DNA from: a virus
Reading direction: 5' to 3' (one strand)
IMG/VR virus record: IMGVR_UViG_3300022552_000002
Coordinates: 32,001 to 96,000 of that record
DNA length: 64,000 bases
Shown: positions 55,201-64,000 of the stretch, in pieces
Numbering within the stretch: the first letter of the stretch is position 1
How the letters are laid out: each line of letters begins with the position of its first letter
Position numbers and translations under genes: made by a program
Notes under the pieces: generated by a model
Seen by the model: only the letters and a program-made list of their open reading frames with translations
Told to the model about the DNA's origin: nothing
Database searches by the model: none

Positions 55201-57430
55201 ATCGTTCACTAGCACATGCTACATTGGAACCGGCAAAGACAATTTAGCTAAAGCAGAATGGGGCGTAGACGTATATGCAACGCCAACAGTTTACAGACTT
55301 GATGAACCAGTTAAAGATCTAGAAAATCAATGGACTAGCAATGGCGGCATTGATGGTGGTTGGAAAGGTGGCGGAACTGCTGCTGATGTTTTGACATTCT
55401 CAAGAGGTCCAGCTGAAAATACATATAGATATGGTGAAGGGAATTCACCATATTGGCTCACATCTGGATTCAATTGGAATACATACAATCCATTGCAACT
55501 TATGGCTGCTTTAAGAATAGCAGATGAACACGAACTAGATAACGATGGTATTATAGCTCCTGGTAGCAACCTTGATAGATTCCAGAGTACAGGATATTCA
55601 TTCACAGCAGATGATGTTGGTAAAAGCATTATCACAGAAGGATATACTGGCTCCAACAATGGGCAGTTTATTGTTACTGATTCTGTTCCATCGTCTACAT
55701 GGCCAGCAAGCACTGTGACTGTAACTCCAAACTTCAATGCGAATGAAGTTGCCGCAGTAGGTAAGAGATGGAAACTTAGAGACATACCTGCTGTTGGATA
55801 TGTTGTATTCCAAGTATATAGATCAATAGATTATAACCCAAATTCAGGTCTTCTAAGAACAAACTTCAAACTATATAATAGTGACACTTATGGGGAAACA
55901 TGGTCATTGCAAAAGGAAATTGAAAGAGGAGAAATAGCGACTGTTAATGGTAGTCTCGACCAAGACAATTGTTTTTTCAACGTCAATGAGTATGGTCAGC
56001 TACAAGGTATTGACTGGAATAATAATAATTCAGGACCAGAAACAACTGTAGTCTTTAGACTTACAGATATTACTGCTAATTCAAGACGCAAACAATATTG
56101 GAAAATACTTCAATCATTAGGTACTAGCGACGATATGTATGTTGCTGGTATCATGTTGTTGGACGATAACTTCAACATACTTGGTAGGTCAAGTAGTCAT
56201 AAAGTTGAGGACGCCGAAGATTCATTATTCTCAGCATGTCTTGTTGGTAGACCAATGCTTGTCCCGTATGAAAGCACCACGGTTGGTCAGCCAAGTGGAA
56301 GCGGCACATACACTGACCTTATCAGTGCAGCTAGCGAAAGCTTCTATGAGCATGATGGTACTAACACAGGAACTATATCTGGTGGCAATACTCTTACCGT
56401 CACAGGACATTATTTCTCGCATAAGGACAGAGGTAAATATATCCGCATCAATGAAAGCGGATATGCTGATAACGGATTCCACGTTATCACGGCTATAAAT
56501 TCAACCACACAAGTTGTTCTTGGTTCTACCGGTCTAACAAATCAGTCAAACCTTGATTGGCAACTTCTCACGTTTGGACCTGGCGATTTCGTGCGCTTCA
56601 CAAGTGATATATTGTATGTGCATCGTGAAGGTACTGAGCTTGAGGATACCTACTATGAAATCCTTGATGTTCCTTCTAACACAACTATTCAACTTGCTAA
56701 TGCAGAGCTTCCTGTACAGATAGCAGGTTCCGCATGGACTTCGAATTTCGACATCAATCGAGATCCAGACAAGACAGATACAGATTGCCAAGCCAGTGAT
56801 TTTGAAACTGGCGGATATATGGTTCATGACGCAAGGTTTGGCACTCTATTCTATAGCACGAACACAGAATTCGTAGAAATAGAAAGTGGTACGTCAACTA
56901 CATCTACAAAAGAATGGGGCGGTGGTGCAACTGATAATGATGGCGATGGGAGAGTTGATGCTGTTAATATAGGAACTGTGTTGGCTGGTAAAGATGGAGC
57001 GTTCACAGCTGTAGCCAACAACGGTTCAGGTAAGGCTCGTTTCACAACATCTGCTGCTCACGGAATGTCTGTAGGAGAATTTGTCACAATTTATGGTGGT
57101 TCAGCATACGATGAACAATACAAAATAACTACAGTGTCAGACACAACACACTTTGATGTTGACGTTGCCTACGTTGCAACAGATACAGGCAGTTTTAGTT
57201 CTGTCATTGGCCCTGGCGATTATATCCTTCTGACTGGTAGTTCAAACTATGGACGTAGAGTGTTAAAAATCAGAGACATCACCAGAGGCGGTGCTGCCAC
57301 AGATGTTCGCTTCACATACGACGAGTTGTATCCTAGCGATACATTCACCGGTTGGTATGTCTACACGAAGCGTGAATGGCTACGTGCCGCACAGCGTAGA
57401 ACAATAACAATTCTCAACGAGACACCATAG
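52217..57430 (+). CDS. large tail/baseplate structural protein (beta-propeller-like segments, repeated beta-barrel modules)
   Basis: 1737 aa, G/S/T/D-rich; SYTDDYGTTW and SDTYGETW Asp-boxes; HG..G..I.I modules. Confidence 0.8.
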   Translation: MSSRVSSGYGFAVDRNGNEHVKSNFSFPAKVKEFLLNVYMNHETSIVQSTGNTYGKAFASPMFNRYNRKRYESSALKMHNASPIGVFDAGWQGDYGDQNFPSIDYQRNRFYILKSLLEADNCAAISSVGDNLSGGSFWSLNVEPFLPDSCYLKFLFTNIDIPGTEIGPPYKHEIGSVQLFDDAGDTPSSQGAIEFSGVFDPPEGLEGSRTLQVYFATSGGTGTSTGTSGTNGAVTTGDPDRFTDSTAAAFVVGDEGKYIKINSGPNRGIYKIPVGGYIDASNVDTDSVDINQGFTTESSIDWEIVTGPIGEYFLRTRPYTHGSIWSSGFVGTNSSYLPLGTMGHELGYRTLNGLQQVRRYIYDRGGSWWWIVKHPTDDGLYGLMRWCHMSPSGMDPVYRNADITGGMPTDLFNWSDIAIDDDDKIWVGVEDAATSTDRLFEIDPYPGATPDASAPALLSSYGKQSNIYTADGLTAETVLGICCDDSQAIAAGTRIWVFGGDDGSTEGEGGISYTDDYGTTWKRIHVLHSVAGETLTVANGSPNVTAGTSLDTKFAVGDWIRFGADIRSYEVSARTATTMTLAENYQGTGGSYSVQKGALTASESVLLNIGTYVAGSASSDFTHQPPCDYDSEGRVYWIPSGRDRVCKWDESTGQVTTAMASDLGQTVTVTDPSTLKVSRVPDIAGSGDSIWHDNIWIGCFNTTNGGWVRIQKKNFEYVNNTAAITVFADAGSGQVTVTSNGHGLQNGCEIQISSTTNYNGFFVISNVTTNTFEITATWVSNDATGTWLVVVTRYHWSTTTNFPKSVDLTYTAQGYKSDWNIAVEPKTGQIYLLHDYGADGVDTRMIVVAINMDDGSTITESVHVVHSPAANSGDRAVNTARAFGVIDFDDFGLGSIAYLPFGVSDYILNRASSGIFSPIWVCQRWDGDSWELGPLNQINADIDFDGTPKVENLPTVGNGLRRVHDWEEELWAGVYVKFEQKGAATPQASEYIEDESFTSTCYIGTGKDNLAKAEWGVDVYATPTVYRLDEPVKDLENQWTSNGGIDGGWKGGGTAADVLTFSRGPAENTYRYGEGNSPYWLTSGFNWNTYNPLQLMAALRIADEHELDNDGIIAPGSNLDRFQSTGYSFTADDVGKSIITEGYTGSNNGQFIVTDSVPSSTWPASTVTVTPNFNANEVAAVGKRWKLRDIPAVGYVVFQVYRSIDYNPNSGLLRTNFKLYNSDTYGETWSLQKEIERGEIATVNGSLDQDNCFFNVNEYGQLQGIDWNNNNSGPETTVVFRLTDITANSRRKQYWKILQSLGTSDDMYVAGIMLLDDNFNILGRSSSHKVEDAEDSLFSACLVGRPMLVPYESTTVGQPSGSGTYTDLISAASESFYEHDGTNTGTISGGNTLTVTGHYFSHKDRGKYIRINESGYADNGFHVITAINSTTQVVLGSTGLTNQSNLDWQLLTFGPGDFVRFTSDILYVHREGTELEDTYYEILDVPSNTTIQLANAELPVQIAGSAWTSNFDINRDPDKTDTDCQASDFETGGYMVHDARFGTLFYSTNTEFVEIESGTSTTSTKEWGGGATDNDGDGRVDAVNIGTVLAGKDGAFTAVANNGSGKARFTTSAAHGMSVGEFVTIYGGSAYDEQYKITTVSDTTHFDVDVAYVATDTGSFSSVIGPGDYILLTGSSNYGRRVLKIRDITRGGAATDVRFTYDELYPSDTFTGWYVYTKREWLRAAQRRTITILNETP

Positions 57431-57438
57431 GTGACAAG

Positions 57439-57699
57439 ATGTATCAATGCGAATACGAAGTCTTCAATAACACTGAAAACATGATTAAAACTTTCGACAT
57501 GTCTGAAATAGCGACAGTCAACCCACCTATGGTGACGCCAATAGAATCAGGTTCAAGTCATAAGTTCTTTGGTCATGACATGAACTTCGAACGTATCCGT
57601 AACAACTTTGCCGCCAAGTGCTTTGAACTTGGTGTGCCAAATAATAAACAAGGTTTGTATTTGGCTATTTCAACTATTGACGTTGCTGAAGAAGAATAA
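57439..57699 (+). CDS. hypothetical protein
   Basis: AGGTG SD; coupled to the next gene. Confidence 0.65.
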   Translation: MYQCEYEVFNNTENMIKTFDMSEIATVNPPMVTPIESGSSHKFFGHDMNFERIRNNFAAKCFELGVPNNKQGLYLAISTIDVAEEE

Positions 57700-59519
57700 T
57701 GACTTGGGATAACCCACCAGTTAAGATTTCCGAACGTGGTGCAGCAATACAACCACGTTACGTGTACGTTACTTCTCTCAGTAAAGGCTTTCTTGTTTAC
57801 AATGGTGTGCGTTCAGCTCAACACACACTCTTCGTAAAAGAATATCCTGGGTCAACAGATACATGGGTTATCTCTGCTGATATTGGTATTGTTGAAAGTT
57901 TCGATATTGGAGAATCTGAAACAAATGATAATGTGATTATTGTTTATAGCAATGGACATAGCATGTATAAATTAGAAGTAAATTTTGCAACACAAGAAGT
58001 TGTGTCTGGTCCTGAATTTATATTTGTTGGTAGTCATCCGGCATTTGATAAACAAAAACCACCAAAAGTTGATTACATAAAAGACGACGATTTAAAACAT
58101 AGAGCTAGTGTGTCTGCGTTGTCTACTGAATACGATGTAGGAGATGCTCCTGATAAATTGTTTTTGCAAATTGCAGCAGATAAATTCTTTGGACAAGACA
58201 AAATTAGATTTGCTACTCAAACGGTTCCGTCATTAAATATTGTATTACCGTTCAGTAATATCACAGAAACAATATTAAGATATGACGGTCAAACTACGCT
58301 TTCATCACCTAGAAGATTAGAAGATTTATCAGGTAATGGATATCATCTTGCGATAGGTACTTTACCGATACATACAGGATATGGCCTAAGAAGCGATGGA
58401 ATATATGAATCTGAATTTACATGGGGATTACCATCTACAGCCATAACTATTGAAGCTAAGATTTATAGGAATGGTAATGGATACGAATCATATGTTGTTA
58501 ATTCAAATTCTATAACATTTGGATATATGAATGATGGTACTCTTATATTTTCATTCTATGGTGGTGGCGAAACACATACATTCAAACAAACATATAACGA
58601 AGATCAAATCAAATACAATGACAAATTAGCATATATATCTGTATCACATACATGGGGATCTCCTGGTTCCACATTCATGACAATAAATGGAACTGTTGTT
58701 CTAGCTGAATGGGTTGAAGGTGATGGGACGCCATTTCCTTCAACTCCACATTGGAAAATGAATGACAATGCTGGCTTACCGACAGTAATAGATTCGTCTG
58801 GAATGCATGACGGATCGGTGTCTGGTGGAGTAACATCGGTATCTGGAAAAATAAATACAGCTCTATCGTTCAATGGTTCTAATGGTTGGATTGATATCGC
58901 TCATCATACAGGTCTTCAACCACATTTGTTTACAGTTTCTTTCTGGTTAAACGCTGCCTCTTCTCAATCTGGTTCTCATTCTTTGGCAATTGATAAATCT
59001 CATGGTTGGTTAGGTTATACTGGATGGGTTTTTCAAATAAAGAATTCTACTCAAAAAATGGGTTTTGCTATAGGCAATAATATTAATGGTTTTCCACAAG
59101 CAGATAGCACGACATCTATATTAGATGATGTTACCAGACATTATTTTGGAACATATGATGGATCAAATCTCAGACTATATGTTAACAATGTGTTAGAAGC
59201 TACTATTCCATTTTCATCTACTTCTGCTGTTTGGGCAAATACAAGAAATGTAAATATGGGTAGCAATTGGGGTGGTGGCTCTAGGCAAAGATATTTAAAT
59301 GGTTGGATAGATGATGTACGTTTATATCCACGAGTGTTGAGTAGTTCAGAAAGAGCTATTATATATAACTCTGGCAATGGTACAGAGAATGAATTGCCTA
59401 ATAATGTAACTACAAAAATGATTCTTGGTATAAAAGATTATTTGTATAGTATGAGAATATTAAATGTAGCACGTTCTTCTTCGCAAATACGAAACTACAT
59501 AGAAGGTAAATTACTGTAG
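57699..59519 (+). CDS. LamG / concanavalin-A-like lectin domain tail protein
   Basis: HWKMND..DSSG, ALSFNG, FTVSFW, TYDGSNLRLYVN and GWIDDVRLYPRVLS motifs. Confidence 0.85.
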   Translation: MTWDNPPVKISERGAAIQPRYVYVTSLSKGFLVYNGVRSAQHTLFVKEYPGSTDTWVISADIGIVESFDIGESETNDNVIIVYSNGHSMYKLEVNFATQEVVSGPEFIFVGSHPAFDKQKPPKVDYIKDDDLKHRASVSALSTEYDVGDAPDKLFLQIAADKFFGQDKIRFATQTVPSLNIVLPFSNITETILRYDGQTTLSSPRRLEDLSGNGYHLAIGTLPIHTGYGLRSDGIYESEFTWGLPSTAITIEAKIYRNGNGYESYVVNSNSITFGYMNDGTLIFSFYGGGETHTFKQTYNEDQIKYNDKLAYISVSHTWGSPGSTFMTINGTVVLAEWVEGDGTPFPSTPHWKMNDNAGLPTVIDSSGMHDGSVSGGVTSVSGKINTALSFNGSNGWIDIAHHTGLQPHLFTVSFWLNAASSQSGSHSLAIDKSHGWLGYTGWVFQIKNSTQKMGFAIGNNINGFPQADSTTSILDDVTRHYFGTYDGSNLRLYVNNVLEATIPFSSTSAVWANTRNVNMGSNWGGGSRQRYLNGWIDDVRLYPRVLSSSERAIIYNSGNGTENELPNNVTTKMILGIKDYLYSMRILNVARSSSQIRNYIEGKLL

Positions 59520-59529
59520 AGGACGAACT

Positions 59530-62500
59530 ATGCCAGATATCTATGCAGGTTCTCATGAATATTTAGATCTATTGCCACCATATGTGGTTAATGAATTTCC
59601 TACGCCAAATAGCTCTGGAGTTTCTGTAGAAACAGCAATTGGTTTCGATTGGCTTGACTACGAACCAGCAACACTTCCTAACCCAACTACATTGAATATA
59701 AAATTGTATATCAATAGCGAACCAGTTATTGATGTGGTTATTGATGGTGTAGTTCAAAGTGGTTTTGATTTAGCATTAATACCTCTTACAAGTGGTTATC
59801 ATGTTATTATCGATCCAGATAATTATTTAGATGAAGCTTCATCGTATATAATTACAATTGATGGAGCCGATTACTATGGCAATGTAATGGATACTTATCA
59901 ATGGGGGTGGTTTACAAGTAGATTATTCCTTACAAATTCAAAATGTTTTTTGGTCAATAGCAAACTGAATAGTATTCAGGCTCAAAGTTCACTTTTTCAA
60001 CCAAAGATCAGAGAGACATTGGCCGGCAGCTATGGAAACATCTCCCTCAATGTAGAACAAACTATTGATTTAGTTGCATCAGAATCGTTTGAAATTAGAA
60101 CTGTGCGCTCTGGTAGACTCGATACCAAACTCAACACACAACTGCTTAATGAAGTTGAGCTTGGTAGTGGTCAGATTACCTACAATGAAGAACGAGCCGT
60201 GAGAGGCAGCTTCAGACCACCGCACTATGTTATTCAAGACGCAGACGATGTGTATGGTCTCGACCTCACAATGAGCAAACACATATTTGCAACGAACTAT
60301 TCTGGTAATAGTATTTATAGCTTTGCATTGTGCGATAGAAACGATGAAAGCTTCTTTGTGATTACACATAGAAATCCATATCCATTGCCAAACTATCAAC
60401 CGTTTATTTCTTCTGTTGCAAAAGTTGGTAAAACAGACAGCACTCCAGTTAGTAGCCTCGTTAGCGTGAAGTCAGCTAATGATGTTGTGAAGGTTTCAGA
60501 GAACAGATTCATTCTTGTTACTACTGAAAAGTACGAACCAGTAGTTTATCCAAATGATCCTGCTGTTTTCTTTACTTTGTTAGATGAAAATTTGAATATT
60601 ATTAATCAATCAGATGGATATCATTTCCTTGAGTATCTTGAATACAATAATACATTATCCCCAGATAAGGGTTATCTAGATGCAACATTGTATTCGGATG
60701 GAAATGGTAGCGTGTATTGTGTTGTTTCTTATTCATACAATTTCTCTGTAGCTGACAGTCAAAGACTTTATTTCATGAAATCTGTTGATGGGGGTTACAA
60801 TTGGGAAATGGTAAATGCGCCAGGCACCAATGAACCGTTGACTGTGGCTAATCCAGTACAAGATGAGATTTCAAATCTTGAACCACAGACTACTACATAT
60901 CAAGAACAGTATGAGCCAAAGCTTTCATATGACGATGTGAATGAATATTTCATCTTAACTTACACAACTGAAGATGCGTCTGATACTACAAAGAGAAGAA
61001 CAGTTACTATGTATTCCAAAGATTTTGTGAATTGGAGTAGATTAAATTTCCCAATTTACACATCAAATGTTGGTACTCTTTCAACAGCTGAATCTCTTCA
61101 AGAGTCTTCTGGGCTCTTCAGATTTAAAGACATGTATTGGTCTATTGGTAGAGTTAACACAGCTAGTGCATACAAGAATAGTGTGTGTATTTTTGATTAT
61201 GATAATCAAGTGTATGGATATAGGAGAGGTTCTTTTTGGAATGGAGACGATGCAACAAATGACAAAGGTGCATTGATCACATCGTATGAATCAAAAGTAT
61301 TTGATGACATTATGTATGTTGCAGCGAATTGCCATGATGATGGTGGTTTTACCATTCATGCTATAGGTGTTCCCACAAACATTCCAGATAGAACACCGTA
61401 TTGTCATGCTTATTTTGGAAATCATGATGCACCAAATAATGGTTATGGGTACTCAGCTACTACAACTGGTACACCAACTACTCTTCAAAACGATTATGGT
61501 TTTGAAATTGGATTAACAACTGGTGATACAGCATACTATTCTTATGGTAATCTTAATGGACTTTTCTTACGCAATAATGGTTTCAAGTTTAAGTTCATCG
61601 TAGCTCGTTTAGCGAACGCTGGAACATATGATTCTGATATAGCTCAACGAGCTTATGTGAAGATACCTACTCCGGACAACTTGAATCATTTTGATTTTAC
61701 TGTGCGTATTGGTACTGATGGAGTGAAAGTTGTAAACGAAACAACACCAACACAAAGTTTAGTCCACAATCAAGCTCTTTCTAATTTGGAATTTGTGGAA
61801 GTGTTAGTTGTTGCTGTTCCTCAAGCTAACAATACTCATATGTATATTAAGATGTACGTGAAAGACTATGATGACACAACATATGAAGATATTTGGGTTG
61901 AATCGTCTGGTTCAAATGCATTTGGTATTACAGCTGGTGTATCAGCGCCGGAATTTTCTTTTGGTTTGAAGTCAGCTCCATCTGCTGCATCTCAGTATAA
62001 TTGGAAAGCCATCTATATGATCAACACAGATTTGCTTGATGATATAGAGTTTACATTCAATGATGAGATAATTGAATACGTAGCTGGCGACAATGACGAA
62101 TCAATGGTAGCTATACCAATGCAAATAGAAGGAGCAACACAGCGTTCTATCAGGGGTATGCTTTTCAAATGGTATGGCACAGACGCTATCACCGAAGACA
62201 AATGGAACTTCGGTGTAGAGAGTGACTTTGAAGCAGAGAATATATTGAACAAAGCTCCAAGTATTATCTATAGATCCGCTAACACATCTGTTGCACAGAC
62301 TATTACATTTAGAGCTTCAGATGATGATTTAGGAATGTACATCTTTGATACAATTATGTTCATGAATTCAAACTTCAGATATATAACAATACAGGCGAAT
62401 GAGGATGGTACTACTTGGTCTCCAGCACCATACGAAAAAACAATTGATATGGCATTGGAGACAGGAGTTATAGAAGGAACATCTGAAAGAGAAGATGAAG

Positions 62501-63273
62501 ATTTATTAGTTGTTCGTTGTACAGATAAAGATTGGGTTCCTGGTGAATTAAAAGATAGATATTTAATGCTTGAGAGAATCTATGAACCACACAATACAAC
62601 TCCATCGTTAGACAATAATTACAAAAATGTAGCATTCAAAATATTAGACAATGGTACTGATTTCATTCTTATTAGTACGAAAGGATTATTGAAAGACGAA
62701 CTCAATAGCGATCCTCCCACTCATAACTATGGCAATATGCGCGCTTTAATGTATGGAAATTTTTTGATTTACGATACAAGGATTGCTGTAATTACCAATG
62801 ATCCAGAGTTACATAAGTATTTAAGAATTAGCATAGTACAATCTGTTGGGTACGCTACTGCATGGGGGAATAATCAACCTAGTCTGCCAAATGAAAGAAG
62901 CTGGCAAATAGGTGACTTTGATATTGGTACAAGAATACATCTCACTCAAGATGTTAACTATCCTTACAATGAAGAAATAGATAGACGAGTCAAAATACAG
63001 GAAGAAAAAGATGGAAGAATTGAAGTTACTAATACAGGAAAAGAACAAAGAAAATTCTTTTTGAATTATAGAATTCTACATGATGACGATAGAGATGAAT
63101 TGAGAGCATTCTATAAGGCAGCCAGTGAAAGTGGAGAACCTTTTTGGTATGTTCCTAATCTGGTAAATGATCCAGAAAAAGTTTATTTAGTTGTGTTCAA
63201 TAAAGAATATAGTGAGTCGAGAATGCTACCAGAACATCAAGATGTTAAAATGATATTAGACGAGGTTGTTTGA
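59530..63273 (+). CDS. large tail-tip protein (Ig-like N-terminus, Asp-box propeller, distal-tail-like C-terminus)
   Basis: PYVVNEFP.PN Ig-like start, KSVDGGYNW Asp-box, C-terminal RKFFLNY..ELRAFY..G.PFWY. Confidence 0.75.
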   Translation: MPDIYAGSHEYLDLLPPYVVNEFPTPNSSGVSVETAIGFDWLDYEPATLPNPTTLNIKLYINSEPVIDVVIDGVVQSGFDLALIPLTSGYHVIIDPDNYLDEASSYIITIDGADYYGNVMDTYQWGWFTSRLFLTNSKCFLVNSKLNSIQAQSSLFQPKIRETLAGSYGNISLNVEQTIDLVASESFEIRTVRSGRLDTKLNTQLLNEVELGSGQITYNEERAVRGSFRPPHYVIQDADDVYGLDLTMSKHIFATNYSGNSIYSFALCDRNDESFFVITHRNPYPLPNYQPFISSVAKVGKTDSTPVSSLVSVKSANDVVKVSENRFILVTTEKYEPVVYPNDPAVFFTLLDENLNIINQSDGYHFLEYLEYNNTLSPDKGYLDATLYSDGNGSVYCVVSYSYNFSVADSQRLYFMKSVDGGYNWEMVNAPGTNEPLTVANPVQDEISNLEPQTTTYQEQYEPKLSYDDVNEYFILTYTTEDASDTTKRRTVTMYSKDFVNWSRLNFPIYTSNVGTLSTAESLQESSGLFRFKDMYWSIGRVNTASAYKNSVCIFDYDNQVYGYRRGSFWNGDDATNDKGALITSYESKVFDDIMYVAANCHDDGGFTIHAIGVPTNIPDRTPYCHAYFGNHDAPNNGYGYSATTTGTPTTLQNDYGFEIGLTTGDTAYYSYGNLNGLFLRNNGFKFKFIVARLANAGTYDSDIAQRAYVKIPTPDNLNHFDFTVRIGTDGVKVVNETTPTQSLVHNQALSNLEFVEVLVVAVPQANNTHMYIKMYVKDYDDTTYEDIWVESSGSNAFGITAGVSAPEFSFGLKSAPSAASQYNWKAIYMINTDLLDDIEFTFNDEIIEYVAGDNDESMVAIPMQIEGATQRSIRGMLFKWYGTDAITEDKWNFGVESDFEAENILNKAPSIIYRSANTSVAQTITFRASDDDLGMYIFDTIMFMNSNFRYITIQANEDGTTWSPAPYEKTIDMALETGVIEGTSEREDEDLLVVRCTDKDWVPGELKDRYLMLERIYEPHNTTPSLDNNYKNVAFKILDNGTDFILISTKGLLKDELNSDPPTHNYGNMRALMYGNFLIYDTRIAVITNDPELHKYLRISIVQSVGYATAWGNNQPSLPNERSWQIGDFDIGTRIHLTQDVNYPYNEEIDRRVKIQEEKDGRIEVTNTGKEQRKFFLNYRILHDDDRDELRAFYKAASESGEPFWYVPNLVNDPEKVYLVVFNKEYSESRMLPEHQDVKMILDEVV

Positions 63274-64000
63274 TGAACACTATACCTAGAATCGGTTTCA
63301 TGAGTGACAGAATGCTTCGTTATGGAGCGTTTGTTTCTGAAACAGATTCATCTTCTAAATATGGTGTGGAATTCAACAGAGTCAATGAGAGTTTTGGTCA
63401 AGACAATATAGCTGAATTTTCAATCATCGATCAAGATCCAACAATAGATCTACACATTGATGGAATGTCTGTTAAGTGTCTTAGAACTGGTCCGCTTATT
63501 GATAAGCACGACAACTATCGTTCACCTCTTATTGGTACTGATTTTTCTTTGGGTGTTTCTAGAATTGGAATAAAAGATAATGAAGAAACTACTGACTATA
63601 AAAGCAAAGATGAGTATTGGGCTCAAAGAGAATATGTAGAAATAGCAGATGAAATTGATGAACTTCTTTATCATACGTGTCATTCAGATGGCACCGTGAT
63701 GATGATGGCTTATGTAACAGCTGGCGCAGCAGATGAAACAGCTAAGATTTATGTGAAGATAAGAAATGAAACTACTAGAGCATGGGGCTCAGCAATACTA
63801 GTTGACGAGGTTTACAGAAAATACAGTACATCGCTTGGCTTCTTTGAAAACATCACACCTCGAGTTGCTTTCGTTACTGTACCAAATCTTGGTACTCTTC
63901 TTTATTACTTTGGCTTGAATGATGACGCGCGTACAGAGACAGCAGAGACCACAAGACAAGAACAACTTGTTTATTCTGCTCTTACTAAAGATAATGGTAC
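63273..64000 (+). CDS. 5' part of another tail protein (runs off the window end)
   Basis: TGATG-coupled ATG 63273 (MNTIPRIGFMSDRMLRYG...); no stop seen in this frame before the window end. Confidence 0.7.
   Translation, partial: MNTIPRIGFMSDRMLRYGAFVSETDSSSKYGVEFNRVNESFGQDNIAEFSIIDQDPTIDLHIDGMSVKCLRTGPLIDKHDNYRSPLIGTDFSLGVSRIGIKDNEETTDYKSKDEYWAQREYVEIADEIDELLYHTCHSDGTVMMMAYVTAGAADETAKIYVKIRNETTRAWGSAILVDEVYRKYSTSLGFFENITPRVAFVTVPNLGTLLYYFGLNDDARTETAETTRQEQLVYSALTKDNG

Noticed and set aside
1-64000. Alternative genetic code (stop-codon reassignment)
   Set aside because: Genes tile densely under code 11, and TAA, TAG and TGA all terminate well-defined genes.
52217-64000. Diversity-generating retroelement acting on tail adhesins
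   Set aside because: No reverse transcriptase and no TR/VR near-duplicate pair differing at adenines was seen in this window.
1-64000. Prophage or Mu-like transposable phage
   Set aside because: Despite the Mu-like head genes, no integrase, transposase, att site or host genes are visible in the window.

Overview
This 64-kb window is part of the genome of a large, AT-rich tailed dsDNA bacteriophage (Caudoviricetes). It looks like a siphovirus: there is a tail tube, a frameshifted chaperone pair and a giant tape measure, and no tail sheath is recognisable. Bases 1-14,040 (+ strand) hold a dense array of small early/middle genes: a Zn-finger-VWA protein, HAD phosphatase, GapR/DsbA-like and HU nucleoid proteins, thermonuclease, NYN RNase, DprA-like protein, DUF3310, ThyX, a deoxynucleoside kinase and two tRNAs. 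Bases 14,039-16,169 form a four-gene minus-strand block including an M15A peptidase (probable endolysin) and a 5'-3' exonuclease. From 16,297 to the end is the morphogenesis operon: terminase, Mu-like portal and protease/scaffold, decoration protein, lambda-E-like major capsid, lysis-type membrane genes, fibre proteins, neck, tail tube, -1 frameshifted tail chaperones, a 3,752-aa tape measure and tail-tip proteins. The most unusual element is a holin-like / stand-alone MshEN-type (c-di-GMP-receptor fold) / patatin-phospholipase trio inside the virion gene cluster. Also notable are a sarcin-ricin-loop-like RNA hairpin behind the tail-tube stop within an in-frame open extension, a tRNA-Lys with a non-canonical anticodon arm, and recurrent decoration modules inserted into capsid and tail proteins. 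All family assignments come from motif recognition by eye; no searches were run.
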